IMG/VR virus record: IMGVR_UViG_2721755657_000002
Reading direction: 5' to 3' (one strand)
DNA: 44,680 nucleotides
DNA from: a virus
Taxonomy: Duplodnaviria; Heunggongvirae; Uroviricota; Caudoviricetes
Made by a program: the position numbers and the translations under genes. The notes beneath the pieces are model-generated. The model was given only the letters and a program-made list of their open reading frames with translations, did not search any database and was not told the DNA's origin. Shown piece after piece: positions 29,378-40,798 of this stretch (position 1 is the first letter of the stretch; each line of letters opens with the position of its first letter).

Positions 29378-29767
29378 ATGATGTTTCTGAAACAGGGCAC
29401 GTTTAATTATGAAAAGCAGTCCGTGGTGCTCAGTGAGCTGTCCGGGCTGCAGAGAATTGAATATCTGGCGTTTGTTCAGCAGCGAACGGCAAAGTTTGAT
29501 GCCGAAGAGGGAGAACTGCCGGAGGCTGAACGACAGATTGCTTTTCTGCGGATGGGGATGGATATCAATGCCTGGCTGGTTTCCCGCTCACTGTGGAATG
29601 CGGAACAGTCTCAGGATGTTGAGACGCTTTGCGCATCCGTTATTACAACATGGTCGTATGATGCCCTGGGAACGGGGGCGGAGATGGTTCTGTCGCTGAG
29701 CGGTATGGAAGCCATTGAGAATGCCGGGGATTTGGAGCATGAGGTGCTGACGCCGGAAAAGTCCTGA
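29378..29767 (+). CDS. Tail assembly chaperone (lambda gpG-like)
   Basis: MMFLKQGTFNYEKQSVVLSELSGLQRIEYLA... parallels lambda G N-terminus. Confidence 0.8.
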   Translation: MMFLKQGTFNYEKQSVVLSELSGLQRIEYLAFVQQRTAKFDAEEGELPEAERQIAFLRMGMDINAWLVSRSLWNAEQSQDVETLCASVITTWSYDALGTGAEMVLSLSGMEAIENAGDLEHEVLTPEKS

Positions 29768-30105
29768 CGCGGGAAATGCAGTTTGTCATGCGGCTTGCCC
29801 GGGAGTTCAGGCGGGCAGACTGGCGGCGGATGCTGTCGGAAATGTCGGCCACTGAGCTTGGTGAGTGGGGCGATTATTTCCGGATGCAGAGCTTCAGTGA
29901 TGTGTGGATGGATGCGCAGTTTGCCTCGCTGAAGGCATTGATCGTGAGAATGGTGTCCGGCAGCAGTGATGCTGCGGTGGCTGATTTCAGCCTTTTACCG
30001 GAAGAGAACGGGATACCGGAGCGAACGGACGAAGAACTGATGCATCTTGGGGAAGGTATTTCCGGAGGTGTGCGTTATGGACCAGATAGCCAACCTGGTC
30101 ATTGA
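29378..30105 (+). CDS. Tail assembly chaperone GT, product of -1 programmed frameshift from G into the T frame
   Basis: T-frame ORF (to 30105) is open from 29743 and offset -1 from G; shift must occur within ccgGAAAAGtcc (29753-29764). Confidence 0.55.
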
Positions 30106-33100
30106 TTTGGGGATTGATGCGGCAGAGTTTAAAAATGAAATTCCCCGTATCAAAAACCTTCTGAATGGTGCAGCCAGCGATGCAGAACGGTCTTCTGCCC
30201 GTATGCAGCGTTTTATGGAGCGTCAGACTCAGGCCGCCCGGCAGACAACGCAGGCGGCTTCTTCGGCTGCAACAGCCGCATCCGTCCATGCGCAGACGGT
30301 GGAGAAGAACGCACAGGCTCATGAACGCATGGCCCGCGAGGTGGAGAAAACCCGCCAGCGCATGGAGGCGCTGAGCCAGAAAATGCGCGAGGAACAGGCG
30401 CAGGCCATGGCTCTGGCGGAGGCTCAGGATAAAGCGGCTGCTGCGTTTTATCGTCAGATTGACAGTGTGAAACAGGCCAGTGCGGGGCTGCAGGAATTAC
30501 AGCGTATTCAGCAGCAGATCCGACAGGCCAGAAACAGTGGCGGGATTGGTCAGCAGGATTATCTGGCGCTGATTTCTGAGGTTACTGCGAAAACCCGTGT
30601 TCTTACACAGGCTGAGGAAGAGGCTACCCGACAGAAAGTGGCGTTTATCCGTCAGCTTAAAGAGCAGGCAACCCGCCAGAATCTTTCATCTTCTGAGTTG
30701 CTTCGTGCCAAGGCAGCCCAGCTGGGGGTAAGCAGTGCTGCAGAAGTGTATATCCGCAAAATGGAGCAGGCAGGAAAAGCCACGCATTCGCTGGGTCTGA
30801 AAAGTGCAGCAGCCCGCCAGGAGATAGGCGTTCTGATAGGTGAACTGGCCCGCGGCAATTTAGGGGCGCTGAGGGGATCCGGGATAACGCTGGCTAACCG
30901 TGCCGGATGGATAGACACACTGATGTCACCGAAAGGCATGATGCTTGGCGGGGTTATTGGCGGTATTGCCGCGGCCGTCTATGGTCTGGGTAAAGCCTGG
31001 TATGACGGTCAGAAGGAGGGGGAAGAATTTAACCGCCAGTTGTCGCTGACGGGGCATTATGCCGGAGTCACTGCCGGGCAGCTGTGGACGCTCAGTCGTG
31101 CTATTTCCGGGAATGGTATCACGCAACATGCTGCAGCCGGTGCGCTGGCTCAGGTGGTGGGGAGTGGTGCATTTCGTGGAAACGATATCGGTATGGTGGC
31201 GAGAGCTGCCGCACAGATGGAGCGATCGGTTGGCCAGTCGGTCAGCGATACCATAAATCAGTTTAAGCGGCTGAAGGATGATCCTGTAAATGCCGCGAAG
31301 GCTCTGGACAATGAGCTGCATTTTCTTACTGCCACTCAGCTTGAGCAGATACGCGTCCTTGGGGAGCAGGGGCGGTCCAGTGATGCTGCACGGATAGCCA
31401 TGTCTGCACTGGCAGAGGAAACCGGTCGGCGTACTGCGGATATTGATAATAACCTCAATGCGCTTGGCAGTACGCTGAAGTATCTGTCTGATTTGTGGAG
31501 TCGTTTCTGGGATGCGGCCATGAATATTGGTCGTGAAGACTCGCTGGATGAACAGATTGCCGCTTTACAGGAGAAAGTGTCGCGGGCGAAAAGACTCCCC
31601 TGGACGGCATCATCTTCTCAGGTTGAATACGATCAGCAGCGTCTTAACGATCTTCAGGAGAAAAAACGCCAGAAGGATTTGCAGGATGCAAAAGAGCAGG
31701 CAGAGCGGAATTATCAGGAGCAACAGAAACGACGTAATGCTGAAAATGCTGCTCTGAACCGGATGAATGAAACGGAAGCAGCACGACATCAGCGTGAAAT
31801 TGCGCGTATTAATTCCATGCAGTACGCCGATCAGGCTGTCAGGGATGCAGCGATACAACGTGAAAATGAACGTTACGAGAAAGCCCTGGCATCCGGTAAG
31901 AAAAAAACACGCGAAACCCGTAATGATGAGGCCACCCGGTTATTGCTGCAGTACAGTCAGCAACAGGCACAGGTGGAAGGACAGATTGCTGCTGCAAGAC
32001 AGTCAGCAGGCATTGCCACTGAAAAGATGACAGAAGCGCATAAACAGCTTCTGGCTCTGCAGCAGCGCATCAGCGATCTGGACGGGAAAAAACTGACGGC
32101 AGATGAAAAGAGTGTGCTGGCCCGTAAAGATGAACTGATTCAGGCACTGACGCTGCTGGATGTAAAACAGCAGGAACTTCAGAAACAGACGGCACTCAAC
32201 GATCTGAAGAAAAAAACAATTCAGCTGACCAGTCAACTGGCTGAAGAAGAGCGCGCTCAGCGCCAGCAACATGACCTGCATATCGCCACGGTGGGTATGG
32301 GTGATCAGCAGCGGCAGCGATATCAGGTACAACTGAGTCTTCGCCAGAAATACCAGCAACAGCTGGAGCAGTTGAGGCGGGATAGTGAGCAGAAAGGGAC
32401 ATATAACACGGATGACTACAGAAAGGCCGAGCAGGCGCTGACGGAGAGCCTGAACCGACAACTGAATGAGAATCGCCGTTACTGGCAACAGCTTGAAGTT
32501 GTGCAGGGTAACTGGAAAAACGGAGTCCTGCGTGCATTTCAGGATTTTACCGTGGATGCAGATAATACGGCAGGAACAGCAGAACAGGTGTTCTCGTCAG
32601 CCTTCAGCAACATGGGAAATGGCCTGGCAACTTTTGTCACTACCGGCAAACTCAACTTCAAATCCTTCACCTCTTCGGTGCTGTCAGATATGGCGAAAAT
32701 CCTGGCGCAGGCAACCATGATGAAATCGATAAAAGGGATTGGCAGTGTACTGGGATTTGATCTCAGCAGCCTTTCCCTGAATGCCAATGGGGGGATTTAT
32801 CAGTCTGCTGATTTGAGTCGTTACAGTGGCACGGTGGTTAACCGTCCGACGTTTTTTGCTTTTGCAAAAGGCGCGGGTGTGATGGGGGAAGCTGGACCTG
32901 AAGCCATTCTGCCACTGCGTCGTGGTGCTGACGGTAAGCTGGGGGTTGTGGCGGATATTGGTGGTTCAGGTATGGCGATGTTTGCCCCGCAGTACAACAT
33001 CGAGATCAATAACGATGGCACGAACGGGCAGATAGGTCCGGCTGCCCTGAAGGTGGTTTATGACCTTGGGAAAAAAGCGGCAGCGGACTTTATGCAACAG

Positions 33101-33142
33101 CAGGCCCGTGATGGTGGTCGGTTAAGTGGAGCATATCGGTAA
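30077..33142 (+). CDS. Tail tape measure protein (lambda gpH-like)
   Basis: 1021 aa, coiled-coil-rich, C-terminal ...NNDGTNGQIGPAALKVVYDLGKKAAADFMQQQARDGG... Confidence 0.9.
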   Translation: MDQIANLVIDLGIDAAEFKNEIPRIKNLLNGAASDAERSSARMQRFMERQTQAARQTTQAASSAATAASVHAQTVEKNAQAHERMAREVEKTRQRMEALSQKMREEQAQAMALAEAQDKAAAAFYRQIDSVKQASAGLQELQRIQQQIRQARNSGGIGQQDYLALISEVTAKTRVLTQAEEEATRQKVAFIRQLKEQATRQNLSSSELLRAKAAQLGVSSAAEVYIRKMEQAGKATHSLGLKSAAARQEIGVLIGELARGNLGALRGSGITLANRAGWIDTLMSPKGMMLGGVIGGIAAAVYGLGKAWYDGQKEGEEFNRQLSLTGHYAGVTAGQLWTLSRAISGNGITQHAAAGALAQVVGSGAFRGNDIGMVARAAAQMERSVGQSVSDTINQFKRLKDDPVNAAKALDNELHFLTATQLEQIRVLGEQGRSSDAARIAMSALAEETGRRTADIDNNLNALGSTLKYLSDLWSRFWDAAMNIGREDSLDEQIAALQEKVSRAKRLPWTASSSQVEYDQQRLNDLQEKKRQKDLQDAKEQAERNYQEQQKRRNAENAALNRMNETEAARHQREIARINSMQYADQAVRDAAIQRENERYEKALASGKKKTRETRNDEATRLLLQYSQQQAQVEGQIAAARQSAGIATEKMTEAHKQLLALQQRISDLDGKKLTADEKSVLARKDELIQALTLLDVKQQELQKQTALNDLKKKTIQLTSQLAEEERAQRQQHDLHIATVGMGDQQRQRYQVQLSLRQKYQQQLEQLRRDSEQKGTYNTDDYRKAEQALTESLNRQLNENRRYWQQLEVVQGNWKNGVLRAFQDFTVDADNTAGTAEQVFSSAFSNMGNGLATFVTTGKLNFKSFTSSVLSDMAKILAQATMMKSIKGIGSVLGFDLSSLSLNANGGIYQSADLSRYSGTVVNRPTFFAFAKGAGVMGEAGPEAILPLRRGADGKLGVVADIGGSGMAMFAPQYNIEINNDGTNGQIGPAALKVVYDLGKKAAADFMQQQARDGGRLSGAYR

Positions 33143-33471
33143 TGGAGACGTTTCACTGGAAAGTGCGCCCGGATATGAATGTGGTATCAGAGCCGAAAGT
33201 GGTGACAGTGAAGCTGGGCGATGGTTATGAACAGCGTCGTGCGGCGGGACTGAATAACCAGTTGTCGATTTACAGCGTGACGATACGTGTTCGTAAATGT
33301 GAACACCCATCTTTAAAAGCCTTTCTGGAACGGCACGGTGGCGTCCGCGCATTTCAGTGGACGCCACCTTATGACTGGAAGCCGATCAGGGTGGTTTGTC
33401 GTAAATGGTCGGCAAGCGTGGGGGCGTTGTGGGTAACCATAACGGCAGATTTTGAACAGGTCGTGGCATAG
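33142..33471 (+). CDS. Minor tail protein M
   Basis: 109 aa, same length and position as lambda M. Confidence 0.85.
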   Translation: METFHWKVRPDMNVVSEPKVVTVKLGDGYEQRRAAGLNNQLSIYSVTIRVRKCEHPSLKAFLERHGGVRAFQWTPPYDWKPIRVVCRKWSASVGALWVTITADFEQVVA

Positions 33472-33480
33472 GAGTCTCTG

Positions 33481-34179
33481 ATGCAGGATATTCCACAGGA
33501 AACACATCATGAGACGACATGCCTCACTCAGTCAGCCCAGGTGGTGCTCTGGGAAATCGATCTGACAGTGGTCGGTGGAGAACGTTATTTTTTCTGTAAT
33601 GAGCAGAACGATAAAGGTGAGCCGGTCACCTGGCAGGGGCGACAGTATCAGGCGTATCCCATTCAGGGGACGGGATTTGAACTGAACGGCAAAGGCAGTG
33701 CTGCCCGTCCGACACTGACGGTTTCTAACCTGCACGGCATGGTCACCGGGATGGCGGAAGACCTGCAGAGTCTGGTCGGAGGAACGGTGGTCCGGCGTAA
33801 GGTTTACGCCCGTTTTCTGGATGCGGTGAACTTCGTCAACGGAAACAGTGACGCCGATCCGGAGCAGGAGGTGATCAGCCGCTGGCGCATTGAGCAGTGC
33901 AGCGAACTGAGCGCGGTGAGTGCCTCTTTTGTACTGGCCACGCCGACGGAAACGGACGGCGCTGTTTTTCCGGGACGTATCATGCTGGCCAACACCTGCA
34001 CCTGGACCTATCGCGGCGATGAGTGCGGTTATCACGGTCCGGCGGTCGCGGATGAATATGACCAGCCAACGTCCGATATCACGAAGGATAAATGCAGCAA
34101 ATGCCTGAGCGGTTGTAAGTTCCGCAATAACGTCGGCAACTTTGGCGGCTTCCTTTCCATTAACAAACTTTCGCAGTGA
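33481..34179 (+). CDS. Minor tail protein L
   Basis: 232 aa, same length and position as lambda L; C-terminal Cys cluster. Confidence 0.85.
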   Translation: MQDIPQETHHETTCLTQSAQVVLWEIDLTVVGGERYFFCNEQNDKGEPVTWQGRQYQAYPIQGTGFELNGKGSAARPTLTVSNLHGMVTGMAEDLQSLVGGTVVRRKVYARFLDAVNFVNGNSDADPEQEVISRWRIEQCSELSAVSASFVLATPTETDGAVFPGRIMLANTCTWTYRGDECGYHGPAVADEYDQPTSDITKDKCSKCLSGCKFRNNVGNFGGFLSINKLSQ

Positions 34180-36971
34180 ATCCCATGACAGAGACAGAAT
34201 CAGCGATTCTGGCGCACGCCCGGCGATGTGCGCCAGCAGAGTCGTGCGGCTTCGTGGTGAGAACACCGGAGGGGGAAAGATATTTTCCCTGCGTGAATAT
34301 CTCCGGTGAGCCGGAGGCGTATTTCCGGATGTCGCCGGAGGACTGGCTGCGGGCAGAGATGCAGGGTGAGATTGTGGCGCTGGTCCACAGCCACCCCGGT
34401 GGTCTGCCCTGGCTGAGTGAGACCGACCGGCGGCTGCAGGTGCAGAGTGATTTGCCGTGGTGGCTGGTTTGCCGGGGGGCGATTCACAAGTTCCGCTGTG
34501 TGCCACATCTTTCCGGGCGGCGCTTTGAGCACGGGGTGACGGACTGTTACACGCTGTTCCGGGATGCTTACCATCTGGCGGGGATTGAGATGCCGGATTT
34601 TCATCGCGAGGATGACTGGTGGCGTCACGGTCAGAATCTCTATCTGGGATCAGATAAGGTGTGGACCTATAACCGCAGTAATGTGGTGATGCCGGATGAT
34701 GGCGCGCCGTTCCGCTACAGCTTCAGCGCCCTGAAGGACCGCCATAATGCCGTTGAGGTGAACTGGATTGACCCGGATAACGGCTGGGAGACGGCGACAG
34801 AGCTTGTGGAGGACACGCAGGCCATTGCCCGTTACGGTCGTAACGTCACGAAGATGGATGCCTTTGGCTGTACCAGTCGGGGGCAGGCACACCGCGCCGG
34901 GCTGTGGCTGATTAAAACAGAACTGCTGGAAACGCAGACCGTGGATTTCAGCGTGGGTGCTGAAGGGCTTCGCCATGTACCGGGCGATGTCATTGAAATC
35001 TGTGATGATGACTATGCCGGTATCAGCACCGGTGGTCGTGTGCTGGCGGTGAACAGCCAGACCCGGACGCTGACGCTCGACCGTGAAATCACGCTGCCAT
35101 CCTCCGGTACCACGCTGATAAGCCTGGTTGACGGAAGTGGCAATCCGGTCAGCGTGGAGGTTCAGTCCGTCACCGACGGCGTGAAGGTAAAAGTGAGCCG
35201 TGTTCCTGACGGCGTTGCCGGATACAGCGTATGGGGGCTGAAGCTGCCGACGCTGCGCCAGCGCCTGTTCCGCTGCGTGAGTATCCGTGAGAACGACGAC
35301 GGCACGTATGCCATCACCGCCGTGCAGCATGTGCCGGAAAAAGAGGCCATCGTGGATAACGGGGCGCACTTTGACGGCGAACAGAGTGGCACGGTGAATG
35401 GTGTCACGCCGCCAGCGGTGCAGCACCTGACTGCCGAAGTCACCGCAGACAGCGGGGAATATCAGGTGCTGGCGCGCTGGGACACGCCGAAGGTGGTGAA
35501 GGGGGTGAGCTTTATGCTTCGCCTGACCGTGGCCGCGGATGAAGGCAGTGAGCGGCTGGTCAGCACGGCCCGGACGGCGGAAACCACATACCGCTTCACG
35601 CAACTGGCGCTGGGGAACTACAGGCTGACAGTCCGGGCAGTAAATGCCTGGGGGCAGCAGGGAGACCCGGCGTCGGTATCGTTCCGGATTGCCGCCCCGG
35701 CAGCGCCGTCGCGGATTGAGCTGACACCGGGCTATTTTCAGATAACCGCCACGCCGCATCTTGCGGTTTATGACCCGACGGTACAGTTTGAGTTCTGGTT
35801 CTCGGAAAAACGGATTGCTGATATCAGGCAGGTTGAAACCACAGCCCGCTATCTTGGCACGGCGCTGTACTGGATAGCTGCCAGTATCAATATCAAACCG
35901 GGCCATGATTATTACTTTTATATCCGCAGTGTGAACACCGTTGGCAAATCGGCATTCGTGGAGGCCGTCGGTCGGGCGAGCGATGATGCGGAAGGTTACC
36001 TGGATTTTTTCAAAGGCCAGATAACCGAATCCCATCTCGGTAAAGAGCTGCTGGAAAAAGTCGATCTGACGGAGGATAACTCCAGCAGACTGGATGAGTT
36101 TTCGAAAGAGTGGAAGGATGCCAACGATAAATGGAATGCCATGTGGGCTGTCAAAATTGAGCAGACCAAAGACGGCAAACATTATGTCGCGGGTATTGGC
36201 CTCAGTATGGAGGACACGGAGGAAGGCAAACTGAGCCAGTTTCTGGTTGCCGCTAACCGTATCGCGTTTATTGACCCGGCAAACGGGAATGAAACGCCGA
36301 TGTTTGTGGCGCAGGGCAACCAGATATTCATGAACGACGTGTTCCTGAAGCGCCTGACAGCCCCCGCCATTACCAGCGGTGGCAGTCCTCCGGTATTTTC
36401 CCTGACATCAGACGGAAAGCTGACCGCTAAAAATGCGGATATCAGTGGTAGTGTGAATGCGAACTCAGGAACGCTCAACAATGTCACGATTAACCAGAAC
36501 TGTACGATTAAGGGCATGCTGGAGGCGACCCAGGTCAGAGGGGATTTCGTTAAAGCTGTATCAAAAGCCTTCCCGAAAAAAGTCGGTACGTGGGGTAACA
36601 CGGAAACACCAAACGGTACGGTTACAGTCACCATCAGCGATGATCATAACTTTGACCGCCAGATTATTATTCCGCCCATTATTTTTAACGGTATAGCGTA
36701 TGACGATCCGGGGAGCGGAAATAACCCGGGAGGCACGCGATACACGGGTTATGGTTTTGAAGTTCGCAAAAACGGCGTATTAATCGCATCCAGAGAAACT
36801 AAAGGGGCCATTCCCGGTAGTTACAGTGCAGTTATTGATATGCCTAGTGGTGGTGGTAGCGTCACTCTGGAGTTTAAGATTTTCCAGAAAGGCAATCAGG
36901 GGGCAGGCAATATCACCGACTGTACGGTGATTGTGACCAAAAAAGCGGCTTCCGGCATCAGTATTCGTTGA
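34176..36971 (+). CDS. In-frame K'-'J fusion: tail assembly protein K N-terminal region (JAB/MPN plus part of NlpC/P60) joined to the C-terminal about 770 aa of tip attachment protein J
   Basis: N-terminus has ...[12 protein letters not shown]... (JAMM) and ...[17 protein letters not shown]... (NlpC/P60 Cys), then switches at about residue 160 (...[14 protein letters not shown]...) into J-like sequence with FN3-like repeats; no gene I and no J N-terminal region present. Confidence 0.7.
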   Translation: MNPMTETESAILAHARRCAPAESCGFVVRTPEGERYFPCVNISGEPEAYFRMSPEDWLRAEMQGEIVALVHSHPGGLPWLSETDRRLQVQSDLPWWLVCRGAIHKFRCVPHLSGRRFEHGVTDCYTLFRDAYHLAGIEMPDFHREDDWWRHGQNLYLGSDKVWTYNRSNVVMPDDGAPFRYSFSALKDRHNAVEVNWIDPDNGWETATELVEDTQAIARYGRNVTKMDAFGCTSRGQAHRAGLWLIKTELLETQTVDFSVGAEGLRHVPGDVIEICDDDYAGISTGGRVLAVNSQTRTLTLDREITLPSSGTTLISLVDGSGNPVSVEVQSVTDGVKVKVSRVPDGVAGYSVWGLKLPTLRQRLFRCVSIRENDDGTYAITAVQHVPEKEAIVDNGAHFDGEQSGTVNGVTPPAVQHLTAEVTADSGEYQVLARWDTPKVVKGVSFMLRLTVAADEGSERLVSTARTAETTYRFTQLALGNYRLTVRAVNAWGQQGDPASVSFRIAAPAAPSRIELTPGYFQITATPHLAVYDPTVQFEFWFSEKRIADIRQVETTARYLGTALYWIAASINIKPGHDYYFYIRSVNTVGKSAFVEAVGRASDDAEGYLDFFKGQITESHLGKELLEKVDLTEDNSSRLDEFSKEWKDANDKWNAMWAVKIEQTKDGKHYVAGIGLSMEDTEEGKLSQFLVAANRIAFIDPANGNETPMFVAQGNQIFMNDVFLKRLTAPAITSGGSPPVFSLTSDGKLTAKNADISGSVNANSGTLNNVTINQNCTIKGMLEATQVRGDFVKAVSKAFPKKVGTWGNTETPNGTVTVTISDDHNFDRQIIIPPIIFNGIAYDDPGSGNNPGGTRYTGYGFEVRKNGVLIASRETKGAIPGSYSAVIDMPSGGGSVTLEFKIFQKGNQGAGNITDCTVIVTKKAASGISIR

Positions 36972-36993
36972 AATATTTATAACCCCAATAAAT

Positions 36994-37018
36994 GGCGTCA
37001 GGAATGACGCCTTTTTTA
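36994..37018 (+). terminator. Rho-independent terminator after the J-like gene
   Basis: GGCGTCAGGAATGACGCC followed by TTTTTTATT. Confidence 0.6.
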
Positions 37019-37041
37019 TTGCAGAAAAGCGAGAGGTAATT

Positions 37042-37641
37042 ATGCGTAAAGTTTGTGCCGCCATTTTGTCCGCAGCCATTTGTCTGGCCGTATCCGGTGC
37101 GCCTGCATGGGCGTCTGAACATCAGTCCACGCTGAGCGCGGGGTATCTTCATGCCCGGACCAACGTTCCCGGCAGTGATGATCTGAACGGGATTAACGTG
37201 AAATACCGTTATGAGTTTACGGATACGCTGGGGCTGGTGACGTCATTCAGCTATGCAGGAGACAAGAATCGCCAGCTGACCCGTTACAGCGATACCCGCT
37301 GGCATGAAGATTCCGTTCGTAACCGCTGGTTCAGCGTAATGGCGGGGCCGTCTGTGCGCGTGAATGAATGGTTCAGCGCGTATGCGATGGCGGGTGTGGC
37401 TTACAGCCGTGTGTCGACTTTCTCCGGGGATTATCTCCGCGTAACTGACAACAAGGGGAAAACGCACGACGTGCTGACCGGAAGTGATGACGGTCGCCAC
37501 AGCAACACGTCTCTGGCGTGGGGAGCTGGCGTGCAGTTTAACCCGACCGAATCCGTGGCCATTGATATTGCTTATGAAGGCTCCGGCAGTGGCGACTGGC
37601 GCACTGACGGTTTCATCGTGGGTGTCGGTTATAAGTTCTGA
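37042..37641 (+). CDS. lom: Outer-membrane protein Lom (Ail/Lom family beta-barrel)
   Basis: Signal peptide plus alternating beta-strand pattern, terminal ...GVGYKF; lambda lom position between J and stf. Confidence 0.85.
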   Translation: MRKVCAAILSAAICLAVSGAPAWASEHQSTLSAGYLHARTNVPGSDDLNGINVKYRYEFTDTLGLVTSFSYAGDKNRQLTRYSDTRWHEDSVRNRWFSVMAGPSVRVNEWFSAYAMAGVAYSRVSTFSGDYLRVTDNKGKTHDVLTGSDDGRHSNTSLAWGAGVQFNPTESVAIDIAYEGSGSGDWRTDGFIVGVGYKF

Positions 37642-37667
37642 TTAGCCAGGTAACACAGTGTTATGAC

Positions 37668-37696
37668 AGCCCGCCGGTTCAGGCGGGCTTTTTTGT
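37668..37696 (+). terminator. Rho-independent terminator after lom
   Basis: AGCCCGCCGGTTCAGGCGGGCT followed by TTTTTTG. Confidence 0.7.
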
Positions 37697-37705
37697 GGGG
37701 TGAAT

Positions 37706-40700
37706 ATGGCAGTAAAGATTTCAGGTGTACTGAAAGACGGCACAGGAAAACCGGTACAGAACTGCACAATCCAGCTGAAAGCAAAACGTAACAGCACCAC
37801 GGTGGTGGTGAACACGCTGGCCTCAGAAAATCCGGATGAAGCCGGGCGTTACAGCATGGACGTTGAGTACGGTCAGTACAGCGTTATTCTGTTGGTGGAA
37901 GGATTCCCGCCGTCACATGCCGGGACCATCACCGTGTATGAAGATTCCCGACCCGGTACGCTGAATGATTTTCTCGGTGCCATGACGGAGGATGATGCCC
38001 GTCCGGAGGCTCTGCGCCGTTTTGAACTGATGGTGGAAGAGGTGGCGCGTAACGCGTCCGCGGTGGCACAGAACACGGCAGCCGCGAAGAAGTCAGCCAG
38101 TGATGCCGGCACATCTGCCCGTGAGGCGGCAACCCATGCGACTGATGCTGCAGGCTCAGCGCGTGCAGCCAGCACGTCAGCCGGACAGGCCGCGACTTCG
38201 GCTCAGGAGGCGTCTTCCAGCGCAGGAACGGCATCAACAAAGGCCACTGAAGCATCAAAAAGTGCTGCCGCTGCAGAGTCCTCAAAAAGCGCGGCGGCCA
38301 CCAGTGCCGGTGCGGCGAAAACGTCAGAAACGAATGCTGCAGCGTCACAAAAATCAGCAGCCACTTCTGCATCCACTGCGACGACGAAAGCGTCAGAAGC
38401 CGCCACTTCAGCCAGAGATGCGGCGGCCTCCAAAGAGGCGGCAAAATCATCAGAAACGAACGCCTCCACAAGCGCCAGCAGTGCAGCCTCCTCGGCAACG
38501 GCGGCAGGAAATTCCGTGAAGGCGGCAAAAACGTCCGAGACGAATGCCAGGTCTTCTGAAACGGCAGCGGAACAGAGCGCCTCAGCTGCGGCAGACTCTG
38601 AGACAGCAGCTGCATCATCGGCCCGTGAGGCGTCCATTAAGGCAGAGGAGGCAGCAGTCAGTGCCACCGCCGCCGGAAAATCGGCAGAAAGCGCCGCATC
38701 GTCTGCTTCAACAGCCACAACGAAGGCTGGCGAAGCCACTGAACAGGCCAGCGCAGCAGCGAGGTCTGCTTCCGCAGCGAAGACATCCGAAACGAACGCG
38801 AAAGCGTCGGAAACCAGCGCAGAATCCTCAAAAACGGCTGCCGCATCGTCAGCCAGTTCGGCGGCGTCATCGGCATCATCGGCGTCTGCTTCAAAAGATG
38901 AGGCGACCAGACAAGCGTCAGCAGCGAAGAGCAGCGCCACGACGGCATCCACGAAGGCGACAGAGGCTGCTGGCAGTGCGGCAGCGGCAGCACAGAGCAA
39001 AAGTACGGCGGAATCCGCGGCAACGCGCGCCGAGACAGCAGCAAAACGGGCAGAGGATATTGCATCCGCCGTGGCGCTTGAGGATGCGAGCACGACGAAA
39101 AAGGGGATAGTACAGCTCAGCAGTGCGACCAACAGCACTTCCGAGTCACAGGCGGCAACGCCAAAAGCCGTTAAGGCCGCGTATGACCTGGCTAACGGGA
39201 AATACACCGCACAGGATGCAACGACAGCACAGAAAGGGATAGTTCAGCTCAGCAGTGCGACCAACAGCACTTCCGAGTCACAGGCGGCAACGGCAAAAGC
39301 CGTTAAGGCCGCGTATGACCTGGCTAACGGGAAATACACCGCACAGGATGCAACGACAGCACAGAAAGGGATAGTTCAGCTCAGCAGTGCGACTAACAGC
39401 ATTTCCGAGTCACAGGCGGCAACGCCAAAAGCCGTTAAGGCCGCGTATGACCTGGCTAACGGGAAATACACCGCACAGGACGCTACGACAGCACAAAAAG
39501 GAATTGTCCAGCTCAGTAGTGCAACCAACAGCACATCTGAAACGCTTGCTGCGACACCGAAAGCAGTGAAAGCAGCTAATGACAATGCGAATGGTCGGGT
39601 ACCTTCTGCCCGTAAGGTGAATGGTAAGGCGCTTTCAGCGGATATAACACTGACGCCGAAAGATATTGGTACGCTTAACTCAACAACAATGTCATTCAGC
39701 GGTGGTGCTGGTTGGTTCAAATTAGCAACGGTAACCATGCCACAGGCGAGTTCTGTTGTTTCAATTACGTTGATTGGTGGCGCTGGATTTAACGTGGGGT
39801 CACCTCAACAGGCAGGTATATCTGAACTTGTTTTACGTGCAGGTAATGGTAATCCGAAGGGGATTACTGGTGCTTTATGGCAGCGCACATCGACAGGGTT
39901 TACAAATTTTGCCTGGGTCAATACATCTGGTGATACTTACGATATTTACGTTGCAATCGGAAATTATGCGACTGGTGTAAATATTCAATGGGATTATACC
40001 AGTAATGCCAGCGTGACGATTCATACGTCACCAGCATATTCTGCTAATAAGCCGGAAGGGTTAACGGACGGTACAGTTTATTCACTCTATACGCCATCAG
40101 AGCAGTTTTATCCGCCTGGCGCACCAATCCCGTGGCCATCAGATACCGTTCCGTCTGGCTATGCCCTAATGCAGGGGCAGACTTTTGACAAATCTGCATA
40201 CCCGAAACTTGCAGCCGCTTATCCGTCAGGCGTGATCCCTGATATGCGTGGCTGGACGATTAAGGGCAAACCTGCCAGTGGTCGGGCCGTATTGTCTCAG
40301 GAACAGGACGGCATTAAATCGCATACCCACAGCGCCAGCGCATCCAGTACGGATTTGGGGACGAAAACCACATCGTCGTTTGATTACGGCACTAAATCCA
40401 CGAATAACACTGGTGCGCATACCCATAGTTTAAGTGGCAGCACGAATGCAGCTGGTAATCACAGCCATAGAGATGGCCGTCGATTTAACCCCAGTGTTTT
40501 TAAAGATACTTATCAATATGGTTATACAAGCTCAGGTCAAAATACCTGGGGTGTACAAGGCTCAGTAGGTATGTCTACGGGGTGGTTAGCGAATACCAGT
40601 ACAGATGGTAATCATAGCCATTCACTGTCCGGCACAGCAGCATCTGCAGGTGCACACGCGCATACTGTCGGTATTGGTGCTCATACGCACTCCGTTGCGA

Positions 40701-40798
40701 TTGGTTCACATGGACACACCATCACCGTTAACGCTGCTGGTAACGCGGAAAACACCGTCAAAAACATCGCATTTAACTATATTGTGAGGCTTGCATAA
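37706..40798 (+). CDS. stf: Side tail fibre protein (Stf)
   Basis: N-terminus [34 protein letters not shown]... ; long Ala/Ser/Thr-rich shaft; tandem 44-aa repeats; C-terminal HxH repeats (GAHTHSLSG...GNHSHSLSG...GAHAHTVG...GAHTHSVA...GSHGHTI). Confidence 0.85.
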   Translation: MAVKISGVLKDGTGKPVQNCTIQLKAKRNSTTVVVNTLASENPDEAGRYSMDVEYGQYSVILLVEGFPPSHAGTITVYEDSRPGTLNDFLGAMTEDDARPEALRRFELMVEEVARNASAVAQNTAAAKKSASDAGTSAREAATHATDAAGSARAASTSAGQAATSAQEASSSAGTASTKATEASKSAAAAESSKSAAATSAGAAKTSETNAAASQKSAATSASTATTKASEAATSARDAAASKEAAKSSETNASTSASSAASSATAAGNSVKAAKTSETNARSSETAAEQSASAAADSETAAASSAREASIKAEEAAVSATAAGKSAESAASSASTATTKAGEATEQASAAARSASAAKTSETNAKASETSAESSKTAAASSASSAASSASSASASKDEATRQASAAKSSATTASTKATEAAGSAAAAAQSKSTAESAATRAETAAKRAEDIASAVALEDASTTKKGIVQLSSATNSTSESQAATPKAVKAAYDLANGKYTAQDATTAQKGIVQLSSATNSTSESQAATAKAVKAAYDLANGKYTAQDATTAQKGIVQLSSATNSISESQAATPKAVKAAYDLANGKYTAQDATTAQKGIVQLSSATNSTSETLAATPKAVKAANDNANGRVPSARKVNGKALSADITLTPKDIGTLNSTTMSFSGGAGWFKLATVTMPQASSVVSITLIGGAGFNVGSPQQAGISELVLRAGNGNPKGITGALWQRTSTGFTNFAWVNTSGDTYDIYVAIGNYATGVNIQWDYTSNASVTIHTSPAYSANKPEGLTDGTVYSLYTPSEQFYPPGAPIPWPSDTVPSGYALMQGQTFDKSAYPKLAAAYPSGVIPDMRGWTIKGKPASGRAVLSQEQDGIKSHTHSASASSTDLGTKTTSSFDYGTKSTNNTGAHTHSLSGSTNAAGNHSHRDGRRFNPSVFKDTYQYGYTSSGQNTWGVQGSVGMSTGWLANTSTDGNHSHSLSGTAASAGAHAHTVGIGAHTHSVAIGSHGHTITVNAAGNAENTVKNIAFNYIVRLA
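39091..39600 (+). repeat. About 3.8 tandem copies of a 132-bp (44-aa) coding repeat inside stf
   Basis: Near-identical units encoding [44 protein letters not shown]. Confidence 0.8.

Noticed and set aside
33532-34506. 324-aa minus-strand ORF antisense to tail genes L and K'-'J
   Set aside because: Pro/Ala/Arg-rich low-complexity translation, no RBS, entirely antisense to well-supported tail genes; typical GC-rich antisense artefact
34650-36182. 510-aa minus-strand ORF inside the J-like gene
   Set aside because: Antisense to the J-like coding region with Arg/Pro/Gly-rich composition; the plus-strand frame carries the recognisable J sequence
37929-39207. Several long ORFs on both strands (Ala-rich, Arg/Pro-rich) within stf
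   Set aside because: Alternative-frame and antisense translations of the GC-rich Ala/Ser/Thr shaft region of the tail fibre; the stf frame is continuous and has the conserved N- and C-termini
39091-39600. Regularly spaced near-identical repeats (considered as a possible CRISPR array)
   Set aside because: Units are 132 bp, directly tandem without unique spacers, and lie in frame within the tail fibre gene, encoding a repeated 44-aa motif
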